DNA of 64,000 nt, from NCBI RefSeq assembly GCF_009914755.1, contig NC_060937.1. One strand, written 5' to 3'. This document shows positions 1 to 12,380 of the stretch, in pieces. The notes under the pieces are model-generated. The model was not told the origin of the DNA and ran no database searches. It worked only from the letters and a program-made list of their open reading frames with translations. The position numbers were made by a program, and so were the translations under genes. The first letter of the stretch is position 1, and each line of letters opens with the position of its first letter. Source of the stretch: the human T2T-CHM13v2.0 reference genome, Homo sapiens.

Positions 1-19
1 GCTTACATCTATCATTCCT

Positions 20-82
20 GTGCAATCATCCCGCCTCAGCCTCCCCAGTAGCTGGGACTAAGGTCCATGCAACAATTCCTGG
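20..82 (-). mobile_element. Alu/FLAM fragment
   Basis: cccgcctcagcctccccagtagctgggacta is antisense Alu sequence. Confidence 0.7.
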
Positions 83-285
83 TTTGTATGTTGGAAATAC
101 TATGTAATGTTGTGCTTCTGCACATTTCCTCTCATCTCCTCACATTTACTGATGTCACATTGGTAGCTTCCACCACATTGGCTATGGTAGAAGTGTTCGT
201 AACATGAAAACTGGAAACAATCAAACACTGAAAATCAGTTTTTTTTTTTGGAGAACCTATTGTTAAACATTTACCAGCATACCAC
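83..285 (+). mobile_element. MER63 (hAT-Blackjack) DNA transposon fragment
   Basis: ggaaatactatgtaatg...gatgtcacattggtagctt and terminal tgttaaacatttaccagcataccac match the recalled MER63 end. Confidence 0.7.
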
Positions 286-529
286 AAAATGCAGTATTTC
301 AATATACCTATGTCGATGTCTATGTCTCTGTTTTTGCTTCTGTATTTACATTGGTATCAACCATTTATTTTTCTATGTATATCTATATATACAACTACAG
401 TTAAAATATATATTTATAAGCTGCATTATTACAACCATACGACATAGACCTTTGCTTGCCAGTACACTTGCATTGCCATATTTAAAGACTATGTGCTAAT
501 GGTTACTACTTAGTTAATTTCATAGCATT

Positions 530-983
530 GGAAAACTAGGATGTCTCCAGATGTAAGACATGTGAACGTTTATTGTTTAATTAAGTGGGTTAAGATACAT
601 ATATAAATATGCATACCTTTTATACTCAATTTAGTTAATGAAAATGTCTTCAAATACGTTTGAAATAACTGTAGCATGTGAATCTAATTTTTCAAGTTTG
701 TGTTATTTGAGTTCTAAATATAGACCAGTTTTTCTTGATGTGTGAATTGAGATGTGTTCTTAGTGTGAAATATGTTCAGGGTTTCAAGCATTTACTTTAC
801 AATTATGTATAATATTTAATTAATATTTTTATATTGTTTACATGTTGAAATTATGTTTTTGAATCATTGTGCTAAATAAAATGTATTATTAAATTTACTG
901 TTGTCTGTTTTTTAATAAATGTGCTTATTAAAGAATTCAAATTACATATATGACTTGTATCACATTTTTATTGATGAGCACTG
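530..983 (+). mobile_element. Charlie1/MER33-type hAT transposon terminal fragment
   Basis: Ends in aaattacatatatgacttgtatcacatttttattgatgagcactg, resembling the Charlie1/MER33 terminus. Confidence 0.6.
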
Positions 984-3217
984 TAGTCTAGACCATGTGT
1001 GTTGGCTCTCATTGTTGATGTGCTTGTCCCAAACAAAATTAATAATTATAATTTCCTCAACTAAACAATTACAACTTACTATTAGCAGTCCACAGGATGC
1101 AGAAATGTTTTTGAGCCGCAGGCATGAATTCGCTCCATCTGGATTGTCAGTCTCATATGCCCTTCTTTTCCTGGCCTGTGTCACTGATGAATTGATATCT
1201 GTCCTCAAGGACACAGTCAAGAAGGAAACACATGTCTAGGTAGATGCCTGAGAGTGGTATGGTGTCTAGCAATTTTTGATGACCCTGAAATTCTTTGTTT
1301 AGTCAATATTTTTGTTTCTGCAGAATTGGAATGCTGCCATTCATTTGACACCTGAACTTACTCACTGGTTATTCAAGCTCAAATAAATAGCTTTTCCACT
1401 TTCCAGGAAAACAAAACAAGGGTGCTTAAATCTACCTTTGGCTCGACTAACTACTGTCATTGCAACATGATTTGATGTCATGAACTATGGTTGTTAAGGA
1501 ATAAAGTATATAGTAAAACAATGGCAAAAATGAACCTCCAGTATTTGTTAGGGTCATGTCCTGGTTACAATGAACAGCCAATTATGACACAGAGAGATTA
1601 ATATGATGTCTCAGGCATTTCAATTGATAAATGCCAAATATTTATAAATATGAATTTGTGATTGAGTGTGTGCATATACTTTTCAAATTACTGTGCTCTG
1701 CTAGTCTACTAGTTGGAAATTGGTCCCTTGGTGTATTGTAATTTTAATTATTTTATTTTATTAGTGATGCTACAAATATTTCACTATGTCTGTTAATCAC
1801 TGACATTTCTTCTTTCACATAGCCTATTTATAGTTTTTTTTCTATTGGAAATATAAATTGTAATTTTTGAATATGCATTATATACTAAGTATATTAAATA
1901 TTTGCTCAAATAAACATAGCAATTTATTATTGTACTTTGTTTTCTTGCATCTCTTAACTCACCTACTTAATGACATAGGTTTATCAGGGAAACAGCAACT
2001 CCAGTCCAGATTGTAGAAGTCACTGCTCAGCAGCAAATTCAGAAATAGAGCTTTAAATTTCTTACAGATTGAATCGTTTTGAAAACACTGGCTTTCAATT
2101 CCAAATGTCAGGTACATGGGAGAGGAAAAAAATAGATTAGATTTTTTTTCCTTAAACATCCAGCGAAAACGAGTGCTGGATGATGCTCAAAGAAAGCTCA
2201 GAACACAGAATGTAAAGTACAGAAAAATGTTTGATGAGGCGAGAGCCTTTTTTTCATCCTTGACTCCACCCAGAAACAGAATCATTATAAGAATCCCAGA
2301 GTAGAAGAGAGGACAATCACAGGAAATGCAATTAGGTTTAGATATTAACAAGGGTCTGAGTGTGTTTTCACCACAGTGCACCTTGTTACATTCAAACCTC
2401 AGTAAATGGAATATTGATGGAAACATACAGGTCTATCTGGGGCAATCTTAGGCTCTGGGGTTTGTGCCTTACTCCTTAAAGTGTATTTGGAGGTATAGAA
2501 AACCTTGTCACAGTGACTAGGCCCAGCACCAGAGCATCTTGACATCAGATGGTAGAGTTGTAAGATTGTGGGCAAGGGCATGGGTGGAGTTAAGGTGACA
2601 TTTCTCATCATTCCTGTGAAGCATTCAGAATTACCTATAAGCCAACATGGGGAATGAAATGGAGAAGAAGGAGAGGAGGGAAACTCTGAGTTTCTGCAGA
2701 ATATTTACTTTAAAGTGCCTAGCTTTGTAATAACATTAGGTCACAGTAGTGTTGAATTCACAAGAGTTGTGGAGACATCAATTTATTGTCTTCTAGTATC
2801 TTGTAAACCAGAGGATGAAGCTATTTTCCACCTTATCATTAATTTCAATGCAGTGGGCAACTTGTCATTTTTCTCCTCAATAGAGAAGACAGATTTTCTA
2901 TATTCTTGAAATTACAACAAAAATATTGGGATACATCCACATGTATCTCTTTTTCTTTCATTTTATCTGGTGCTCTTTGAATCTTGTCATTGTAAAGGCA
3001 CAAGCCTTCTTTAGCTCAGGAAAAAGGCCTTTTTCTATTTTATTATCATTTCTTTTCCAAATTTTTGATCTTTTAAATGTGAATCCTTGTTATATGTATG
3101 TCGTATCTTCTGGTTGAGCAATAAAGGATCACTGTTGCATCCATCATAAGAATATGGATGCTAAAGTCACCCAGAAATGAATTCAGTCATTTACTCTAAT
3201 ACTCATGCACCATAACA

Positions 3218-3352
3218 TTTGTGACCTTTGAAAAGTTACTTAACCCAGTTGAGTCTTACTTCCCTCATATTTAAAATGGGTGGTATTATTCTCATAAAAT
3301 TTTAAAATGTTAGTATTATTCTCACAAAATTTTTGAGCCAAATGAAGATAAA
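3218..3352 (+). mobile_element. MIR fragment with an internal ~30 bp tandem duplication
   Basis: tgtgacctttgaaaagttacttaacc...ttccctcatatttaaaatggg MIR core; gtattattctca(t/c)aaaatttt occurs twice. Confidence 0.65.
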
Positions 3353-3529
3353 CAGCTTAGGTTTATATTTTGTTATAATGTGTTTGATAGTGTTTATTGT
3401 AATTAAGGAATATTACCTCTGAGTCCTCCAAATGCTCCCTGCTTTGAAATATGCCCAGTGATTTTTTTGTTTGTTCATGCTTAAAGAGAACAATGTATAT
3501 ACTGAGATTTAAGATAGCTAACCTATTTA

Positions 3530-3808
3530 CCCTTCAAGTCACCAAGTCTCAGTTAAAGTATTTCTCTCTCAAATGGCTTTCCCAAATACTCTCTCCAAGT
3601 CAACATTAAATAATGTTGGGTTACTCTTTACCCTCTTTTTCATTATAGTTCATAATTTTCCTTCATAGCATTTACAACAATTTGAAGCTAAATAATCATT
3701 TTGTGGTACTTATGAAGTCACACTATGTTTCATTTTATTCAATACAGTTTAAGTTTTATACATCATCTGTTGCATAAGAGTTATTGAATTCATATGTTGA
3801 ATGAATAA
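3530..3808 (+). mobile_element. L2 3' fragment
   Basis: cccttcaagtc...cttcatagcatttacaac...atgttgaatgaataa, a degenerate L2 3' end. Confidence 0.5.
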
Positions 3809-4589
3809 GTCCCATTCAAATATTTTAAGCCAAACACAGGAGAAAAGGGAAATTGTTCTATTTTTAAATTTTACTTTGAAAAATCAGCATCCCAGCTGGA
3901 CAATGGCATATAGAATGAGCTGTTGAGAAGGTTGTCAGATGGAGAAGAACGCAGCCCCCAGCTCTACCTGGGCTTTACCAGTGTTGCTAATCCAAGTGGC
4001 TTTACCACAGCTGATTCCATGACCAACACCATGATTTGATGTTTCCTCTGTGTTTGTTGTAACAGCACAAAGTAGTAGGGAGAATACACCCTTTTTTTTT
4101 TTTTTTTTTTCTGTTAGGCACATTTACCAGCATTGAGGTTTTGTAGGTTTAGGTCTCACTTCTCAATCCCTGCCTAAGGGATTCTATTTTACCCACTTTT
4201 TAGGATTTTAGTCTAGAGAGGTAAGAATATATTCTATAGATCAGAAGTGGTCAGATTTGATGAGAACCTATTGTTCTTGATACATATGGATTTCTCTGGG
4301 GACATAAATTTAAATTTACCTGAAGTCCTAAGTGAAACATAGTTAAAGGATATATTTATTAACTTGTGCTCCAAGGACGATAACAACATCTTAATTACTT
4401 TTTTCATGTACCTATTTTCTTATTACCTTTTGAAACTAATTGTACATATAGACAAGCAGATGTACGTTTCAAAATTGCCTTGCACCCCAGTTTGCCTCTG
4501 ATGATATTTACAAAGTAGTATATAAAGAAAAAACCCAAATCCATAACATTTTCTAATTTCTGAGACACCTGCATTACAAAATCAAAAAA

Positions 4590-4870
4590 ATTAAAAATAT
4601 AGAATCTATATAATACAAATATATAAGATAAAACATATATCTATAATTATATTTATGAAATACATTTTATATATGTAATACGTACTTCTAAATGTAACTT
4701 GATTTCACTATATATAAGTTGTATATTAAATATAACAATGTATGTATGTAATACCTTTAATGCATTCAATACATATTTATAAATGTAATTTAATTTTATT
4801 ACATAAATTATATATTAATATATTTACTTTATATAGTATATGTGCACATAATATATATATTATTGATTTT
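4590..4870. repeat. AT-rich (TA)n-like low-complexity tract
   Basis: Almost entirely A/T with many tata runs. Confidence 0.7.
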
Positions 4871-5076
4871 TCTTATTTTGGAGCATACAAAGAGTAAATT
4901 TAATAAGTCTACAAGATTCAAAACATTTTAAATTATGCACTTTTATAGTTGATCACAGACCCACTGTTATCAATGTTTAAGGAATAATGAGGAATTAGAA
5001 AAGTGCAAGGAGTCTGTATATAAAGAAGTATCCTAATCCAGAAAGAGACGAAATGATATTTTTAAAAAATAGAGAT

Positions 5077-5413
5077 TATATTAGTCTGTTCCCACACTAT
5101 TAATAAAGACATACCCGAGATTGGGTAATGTATAAAGGAAAGAGTTTTAACTGACTCCCAGTTTCACATGGCTGTGAGGAGGCCTCACAATCATGGTGGA
5201 AGGTGAAGGGGAAGCATGACATGTCTTACATGGCAGCAGGCAACAGAGCTTGTGCGAGGGAACTCCCATTTATAAAACCAACAGATCTGGTGAGACTGTG
5301 TGGGGGAAACTGCTCCTGTGATTCAGTTATCTTTATCTGGCCCCACCCTTGACATGTGAAGATTATTACAATTCAAGGTGAGATTTGGGTGGGGACACAA
5401 CCAAACCATATCA
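5077..5413 (-). mobile_element. THE1 (MaLR) solo LTR
   Basis: Runs from tatattagtctgtt...aataaagacatacccgaga to gagatttgggtggggacacaaccaaaccatatca; 5 bp TSD gagat/gagac. Confidence 0.92.
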
Positions 5414-5932
5414 GAGACCAAGGGCATTAACTGTTTTATTTTAAAATGTTCAGACACCGATTCTTTACAGACTCTAATTTACTAAATGTTTTATTTATAT
5501 AGCAAAAGCCAGTAGTATATGTCAAGACAAACCAAAATCTTTAGAGTATATTTTGAGAGTAGAGTTGTTATGTACTATCTTTAACAAGGGATGCACACAG
5601 ATTTCATAACTTCTTTTTGGACATGTGGGAATCATGTCAACCTGGTAGAAGTGAAGTCATACAAAGTCACTGCTGGTTGAAATTAAATGAATAGAAGCCA
5701 GCTACATAAAGGTGATGTAGATAAGCCACAAATCTCTGTAGTAATTGTTTTAGCCAATGTGTTTAATGGGCCATTTAGATAAAGGGGAAAAAACACAATT
5801 ATTAAATTAGGAAGTGATATAATTATGAGAGTTTTATTCTTTATTTTGTAATAAATATTTGGGAAAGAAATAAGCCTACATTAACAGGATATGATTTTTG
5901 GGCACTTAATGTAATTTTTGCAATTAGATTGC

Positions 5933-6779
5933 TGTAAGAGGCTGTATAACAGCTCCATGATATCTGAGGTTTAGTTACATTTGCCCTGCTATAACAAAAC
6001 ATAATAGACTAGATGGCTTAGAAACAACAGAAATCTATTTCTCACAATTGTGGAGAATGGGAAGTCCAAGATCAATGTGCTATCAGTCTTAGTGTCTGGT
6101 GAGAACCCGCTTCCTGGTTCATAGATGGCAACTTTTCACTGTGTGCTCACAGAGTGGAATGAGCAAGGACTTTCTCTCAATTCTCTTTTATCAGGGCAGT
6201 AATCCCATTCATAAGGCTCTACCCTCTAGGCCTTATCACTCCCAAATGCCCTGCATACTAATACTATCACCCTGGGGATTAGGATTTCCACCTATTTTTG
6301 GGGGAAGACACAAATATTCATATCACAGCAGATAACCAAGTCATAATTGCTGGAAGCTGTAGACATGCTGCTTTATATGGAAAACTGGTCTTTGCAGACG
6401 TGATAAATTAAATAATTTGGAAATAAGGAGGTTATCCTGGATCATCTGGTTGAGTCCAATATAGTCACAAGTTCCTTAGCAGAGAGAGGTAGAAGGAACA
6501 GAATTATAGAGAGATTTGAGGATGAATGCAGAGGTCATAGAGGACAGAGATGGCACACTGTTGGCTTCTACGATGGAGGAATGAACTTAGAGTCAGGGAA
6601 TGTAGGTAGTCTCTAGAGGCTGAAAAAGGCAAGGAAATAGATCCTCCCCTAGAGCCACCAGGAAAGAATACAGCACTGTGGAACTATTTTAGATTTCTGA
6701 CCTCCTGAACTATAAGGAAATAAATTTCTTTTGCTTTAAGACACTATGTTTGGTACATCTGCAATAGAAAATAAATGCA
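5933..6779 (+). mobile_element. MLT1D-type solo LTR, interrupted by MLT1A
   Basis: 5' piece 5933-5964, resumes ~6331; ggcaaggaaatagatcctcccctagagcc and ttctgacctcctgaactataag are typical motifs. Confidence 0.8.
5965..6330 (-). mobile_element. MLT1A-type solo LTR
   Basis: ctgctataacaaaacataatagactagatggcttagaaacaacagaaat...gtctggtgagaacccgcttcctggttcatagatggc...cacaaatattcatatcacagca; flanked by gatatc/gataac. Confidence 0.85.
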
Positions 6780-7625
6780 ATTAGAAATCAGATGAGTGGG
6801 TATTGAATGGAATCAGTGTTCCAGCTATTCATATGGAAAAGCTCAAAGTTCAATAAACATTTATTAAACCTATTATCGCAAATATTTGGCATCAGGGACA
6901 CAAAGATAAATTAGGAGGAGATCTCCTTTCTAGGATCTGCCAATCAACATAGAACTTATATAGAGTGCACTAAGTATGGTGATGCTATAGGGTAAGGACA
7001 AGGCCACCAACTGGAAGTGGGTGAATATAAGTGACCAGCTTTGTAGAAGATACTAAATTCTGGGAAGCATGTAGGAAATGATATAGAGGATAGTTTTTCA
7101 GGTTAATGGAATTGTATGGATGCAAGGAAAATGAGGAATCTGTCATTCCTTGGGCAAAAGTTTTTTTGTGGTTAGCAGCCTGAGATGAGAGTGGAGAATA
7201 GGACAGTAGTGTTTGCATGTTGTCTATTTTCTATGTTGCAGATGATAAGAAGTGACTCAAGTCTTCTTAAGAGAGAAGGAAAAAAAAGCCTGATTTATAT
7301 ACATGTTATAGAAAAGAATTGAGCATTAGAGATTCCTTGGTATCAGGGAAGCCAACTTGAAGACTATAAGCAGTTGTGCAAGTCAGCAATGCTGAAGGCC
7401 TAAATTAAAGCAGTAGAAGAATAACAGTGAGAAAAGGACAGCTTTGATAATTGACAGGTAAAACCATGGAAACTGGTGAATAAACACATATAAATGAATG
7501 ACCTTATGGGATAATTCAGTATTCTGGGTTGAGTAACTGGCGAATTCATCATAAATGAATTTAGGAATAGTATAGAAGAGGGTGTATGAGGGAAATATGA
7601 TAAATTCAGGTTTTAAATACTTCAC

Positions 7626-7901
7626 CTTTATTGAGGCATAATTGATATAAAACAAACTGCACATATTTAATGTATGCAGTTTGATGAGTTTGGACATAGG
7701 CATATACCCATGAAACCACAATCGCAATTGAGGATGTAGATATGTCTAATACTTCCCAAAGTTTCTGTGTGTTCTATTTTTAGTTAGTTGTTCTTGCGGT
7801 AAGAACACTTCACATGAGATATACTCCCTTAACAAAATGTTAAACGTGTAACACAGTAATGCATACTATAAGTACTTGCTGTACAACAGACCTTTAGAAC
7901 T
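7626..7901 (-). mobile_element. L1MB/L1MA10-type 3' end
   Basis: ctttattgaggcataattgatataaaacaaactgcacatatttaatgtat...gtaagaacacttcacatgagat. Confidence 0.8.
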
Positions 7902-7950
7902 GACAAATTCAGTTTTTGACATACTAAGTTTTAAATATCCATTGGATATC

Positions 7951-8128
7951 TGTATTAGTCAGGGTTCTCTAGAGGGATGGCACTAATAGGATATATATGT
8001 GTGTGTGTGTGTGTATATATATATCTGTATATATGATATATGGGTATATAGGTATATATGATATATATGTATATAGGTATGTATATATATGATATATGTG
8101 TGTGTATATATGTGTGTGTGTGTATATA

Positions 8129-8164
<36 letters not shown>

Positions 8165-8548
8165 AAGGGGAGTTTATTAAGTATTAACTTACATGATGAC
8201 AATGTCCCACAATAGGCTGTCTGCAAGCTTGAGGAGCAAGTAGAGCCAGTCCAAGTCCCAAAACTGAAGAACTTGGAGTCTGATGTTTGAGGGCAGGAAG
8301 CATCCAGCACAGGAGAAAGATGTGGGCGGGGAGGCTAGGCCAGTGTGTCCTTTTCACGTTTTCCTGCCTGCTTTATATTCACTGTCAGCTGATTAGATTG
8401 TGCCCACCAGATTAAGGGTGGGTCTGCCTTCCCCAGCCCACTGACTCAAATGTTCACCTCTTCTGGCAACACCCACACAGACACACACAGGATTAATACA
8501 TTGTATCCTTCGGTCCAATCAAGGTGACACTCAATATTAACCATCACA
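7951..8548 (-). mobile_element. MLT2A (HERV-L) solo LTR
   Basis: tgtattagtcagggttctctagaggga...tcaatattaaccatcaca; perfect 5 bp TSD atatc (7946-7950 / 8549-8553). Confidence 0.93.
7991..8164. repeat. Compound (TA)n/(TG)n microsatellite inside MLT2A
   Basis: Alternating tatata/gtgtgt runs. Confidence 0.95.
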
Positions 8549-9869
8549 ATATCCGAGTAAAGATGTTTGATGAGCAGTTATATACATGTGTCTGGATCTT
8601 TGTGGGTAGATCACAAAAGTCATGGCTGAAATATTTGATGCAATAAAAATAGAGAATGTCTATAATTGTCAAAAGTAAAATATGTATAGATAGGAATAGC
8701 AGAGGAAAAAGGAAAGGGAACTTGATAATTCCAACAGGCATTGTGTGGAGAAGAAAGAAAATCACTAAGGTAGAAAATTTCAGAAGACAGGAATATAGTG
8801 AAAATCAAAGGTTTAGAGACTTTCATTATGTAAAGAATAGTAAAAAAGAAAAAGCATGAAATTATTTTAGTAAGACAAAAATTTATAGCCGCTGAGGACA
8901 TGGATGACTTTGCTGCGGATGGTTTTAGCAGCTTGGTAAAAGTAGGAGCTACGAGGCACGGGGTGGAACAGTGGTTCAGAACTAAGGAGATTCATGGAGC
9001 GAATGTAGTCTACTCTGTCAAGAATTGTGGCTGAGAAAGGAAAAAAAAATGAGAGTGGTATTGGTAGCAAAAAGCATAATCCGAACAGATTTTTTTGTTT
9101 TTCTTTTTTTTTTATCATAGGGAAGACGTAAATAGACTATTTTGAAAAAACCAAAGTACTGTATTTCAATTAATTTTTTTTCAAATAACTTTTTGAAATT
9201 TAAAATTTAGAAAGGAAAGAAAGAAATTCCCCAGAAGAAAAATAGAAAGTAGACACGGAAGGATTGATATTGACTGGAAGAAAGGGACTATGTCGTTTGA
9301 AAATGAGATAAAGAGGAGGGACGGTTGTTTCTGATCATTATTGGTGGGAAATAGAGTTCATGCGTGGGTTCTTCAGTTTTCTTTGTGAAGGAAGATGTGA
9401 GATACCATGTAGATGAGAGTAATTAGAAATAACCGGGAGTAGTAGTCACTGAGGATAAATGGAGATTTAACTGAACCAAAAGTTGAGTGCAAGGATTACC
9501 AGATGACAGCAGTGTGTTATGAGGCTGGGGATGAAAATGTAGTTATTGTGCCAATGGGCAGAGTTGTAAAAAGCATCCAATAATTTGGCTATTGAGAGGA
9601 AGAACATTTGGATACTGGTTCAAGGTAGCAGTTTTGTAGAGTGTTTGTACCAGGATTAGATTTGACTGTATATAACAGGAGAACCTCAAAGAACAGTAAA
9701 AAAAGAAAACTTCAGATTGAGAGGATAAGGTGATCTGAAGTTTCCAGCTGGAACTCTACTGCTAACACAGTTACAGGAGAGAGCTTTGTGCCATCTGGAA
9801 GAGGCTGCTTCTCAGTAGAATACCCGTCTGGGTTCTTGGAAATGTGGTCTGTGAAAAATGTCCATCTTT

Positions 9870-10370
9870 GAATTGATAAGAGGCTCAACATGTGAGGTGG
9901 TTGCCAAAAAATTTAGTTATTCTAGTCAATAACAATAGGGTTTGTGTCTGTTTTTTTTTTTTTATCACTTTTGTCTGATTTGGCAAACTCTTGTCAGAGT
10001 TTTGAGTTCTTTTCTAGAAAAACATCACTCTTTCCACAGGATTCTGGCTAATGAGGACATATCCAGATAAAAGTGGCTATGATTTTGAAGAGGTCTGGGA
10101 AGTAGAGACATAGTAGGGAAATTGACTACAGTAAAGAGAAAGTATACAGAAAACATACAGGAAAGAGAAAATGTTTATTTACTGTTAGATGTTGAACTGA
10201 TAAAAGATAAGATTGGTTGAATATATTCCCTGTAACTCAAAGGAAATATTCAGAACCAATGGATAGAAATTATGTTAATTCAGATTTAAGTATAAAGAGG
10301 AAGCATCTAGCAAATAGCATAGCTCTCACAATGAATGGGTTCGTGAGCTTATTAGCACAGGAATATTTCC
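9870..10370 (+). mobile_element. L3/CR1 fragment
   Basis: tgtgaggtggttgccaaaaaa..., cagaaccaatggatagaaatta...cagatttaagtataaagaggaag resemble the L3 3' region. Confidence 0.5.
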
Positions 10371-10389
10371 TTATTTTTCCCTTTCTTTC

Positions 10390-10527
10390 ATTGTCAAATA
10401 ATAATTGTACATTTTCATGGGGTACATGGTGATGTTCAATGGACACAATGTGTAGTGATCAGATCAGAGTTTAGCATATCTATCATCGAAAACATTTATC
10501 ATTTCTTTGTGTTGGGAATATTCAATT
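10390..10527 (-). mobile_element. L1MA 3' end fragment
   Basis: ataattgtacattttcatggggtacatggtgatg...aacatttatcatttctttgtgttgggaatattcaa. Confidence 0.8.
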
Positions 10528-10949
10528 TCAAGTAGAGTCTTATGAATATCAGTCAGTCATATAATATAAAGTAGAAAATTCCTAAGATATCAAACCAGAA
10601 TTTATTTAAAAGTATTTTCTACCTGTACCCAAGATTCTAAGAGATGTCATCATTGTCCACAAAAGCTTCTTAATGCAGACGTTAATGCTTCTAAATGGGT
10701 GCTGTAAAAATATTACAGGCTGAAAAATTGGAGATGTGAGTTCTAGTGCAGATTTTTATTTCATAAACTAAATCTGTGAGTAAGTTATTTAAACTTTCTG
10801 CATCTCATTTCTGTTTTCTCTTTTGCAACATGATGTTCTTAGTAAAGAACATTAGTATACGAGAGGATCCCTTCTATTCCTATGAAGCTATACTAGTGTA
10901 TTAGAAACAATCAAGTTAACAAATTCCATCTTTATGTGGTATTGATATA

Positions 10950-11176
10950 ACTTATTTTTTAAAAATCTTTATTTTTAATTTTTTGGGGTACACAGTAGGC
11001 GTATATATTTGTGGGGTACATGAGATGTTTTGATACAGGCAGGCAATGCACAATGATCGCATCATAGAATATGGATATTCATCCCCTCAAGCGTTTATCT
11101 TTCATATTACAAACAATCCAATTATACATTTTTAGTTATTTTAAAATGTACAATTAATAGTTATTGACTATAGTCA
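10950..11176 (-). mobile_element. L1MA2/3-type 3' end
   Basis: gggtacacagtaggcgtatatatttgtggggtacatgagatgttttgatacaggc...ttattgactatagtca. Confidence 0.85.
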
Positions 11177-11196
11177 TTTACTATTAAAAACAAAAC

Positions 11197-11246
11197 TACA
11201 CATGCACCCACATACACACACACACACACACACGCGCGCACACACT
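11197..11246. repeat. (CA)n microsatellite
   Basis: cacacaca...cgcgcgcacacac. Confidence 0.9.
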
Positions 11247-11769
11247 TACATATAATGTATTCTTATGCTGATATTTTCTCTGGACTATTAAGCTCTTAAA
11301 GGTAAAGCAAGTGTTATAAACATATTTTCTTTCCCAATAGTGTTTAACACAGTAAGTTATACGTAGTAGATCTTAAGTAAATACTTATTCAGTTAATGAG
11401 AATGATGTCCTGTCCCATAACCACATGCAAATAGAATATATGGTAAGATAAATTCAGTTAAAAAAACTCTAGATTTTATTTAGTTGGGGGAGAAGGAAAA
11501 AAGAACATCATAAATGCATTCAAACTTACACAAGAATAAAACACTTCATATGAAGACAATTTTGGTGAGCTACTTGGCCACATGAGCTTGCGTATATTTG
11601 TGGTGGACAGTGGACACATTTGCTAGCTACTCTTGGATCAAACAGTGCCCACTATACAAAATAGGTGCATATCTTCTGTTTTACCCCAAACCCTAAAATC
11701 CACACTAGAATACGAGAGGATGCTATATTTTTCTTCTTCTTCCCTACTGGCGGGCAGTGTTGAATATTG

Positions 11770-11990
11770 TACAGAGCATTGAGTTTAGAATGAGATAATT
11801 GTATATCTCATCTTGGATTTCTTACTTTTCAAATTCAGAGTTTCAAACAAAGCAATGCAATTCTGGTGAACTCACCTTCCTTGTCTATTTAATGATACCT
11901 CCTAGAATTTTTCTTTGAATAAAATGAGTCAATACATGTGAAACTGCCCAGCCCCATGGCAGGCACATGCTGTGCAGTCAGTTCATGTTA
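11770..11990 (+). mobile_element. MIR
   Basis: agagcattgagtttagaat...gaataaaatgagtcaatacatgtgaaactgcccagcccc. Confidence 0.55.
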
Positions 11991-12131
11991 TATGGGAACA
12001 AATACATACAGGCAAACATTAACTCACACATTTTAAGGATTGGGGTGTGGCTCTCAGGCCCTTGCCCCTATAAAGAGCCCCCTGACCCTGTGGAGATGGC
12101 TTGAAATACAGATGTACTTTAGAATATAAGC

Positions 12132-12380
12132 CAGTACTGATCACAAGGTCAGGAGATGGAGACCATCCTGGCTAACACGGTGAAACCCCGTCTCTACTCA
12201 AAATACAAAAAATCAGCTGGGTGTGGTGGCGGGCGCCTGTAGTCCCTGCTACTCAGGAGGCTGAGGCAGGAGAATGGCATGAACACGGGAGGCAAAGCTT
12301 GCAGTGAGCCGAGATCACGCCACTGCACTCCAGCCTGGGCGACAGAGTGAGACTCTGTCTCAAAAAAAAAAAAAAAAAAA
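12132..12380 (+). mobile_element. AluY, 5'-truncated with an internal deletion
   Basis: AluY diagnostic gaccatcctggctaacacggtgaaaccccg and ggagaatggc; A19 tail; TSD agaatataagc/aaaatgtaagc. Confidence 0.93.

Larger units (their letters stand above)
6848..9500 (-). mobile_element. Fragmented L2 interrupted by L1MB and MLT2A
   Basis: ttcaataaacatttattaaacctatta (antisense L2 tail); aaattcagtttttgacatactaagttttaaatatcc; gagcagttatatacatgtgtctgga. Confidence 0.55.
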
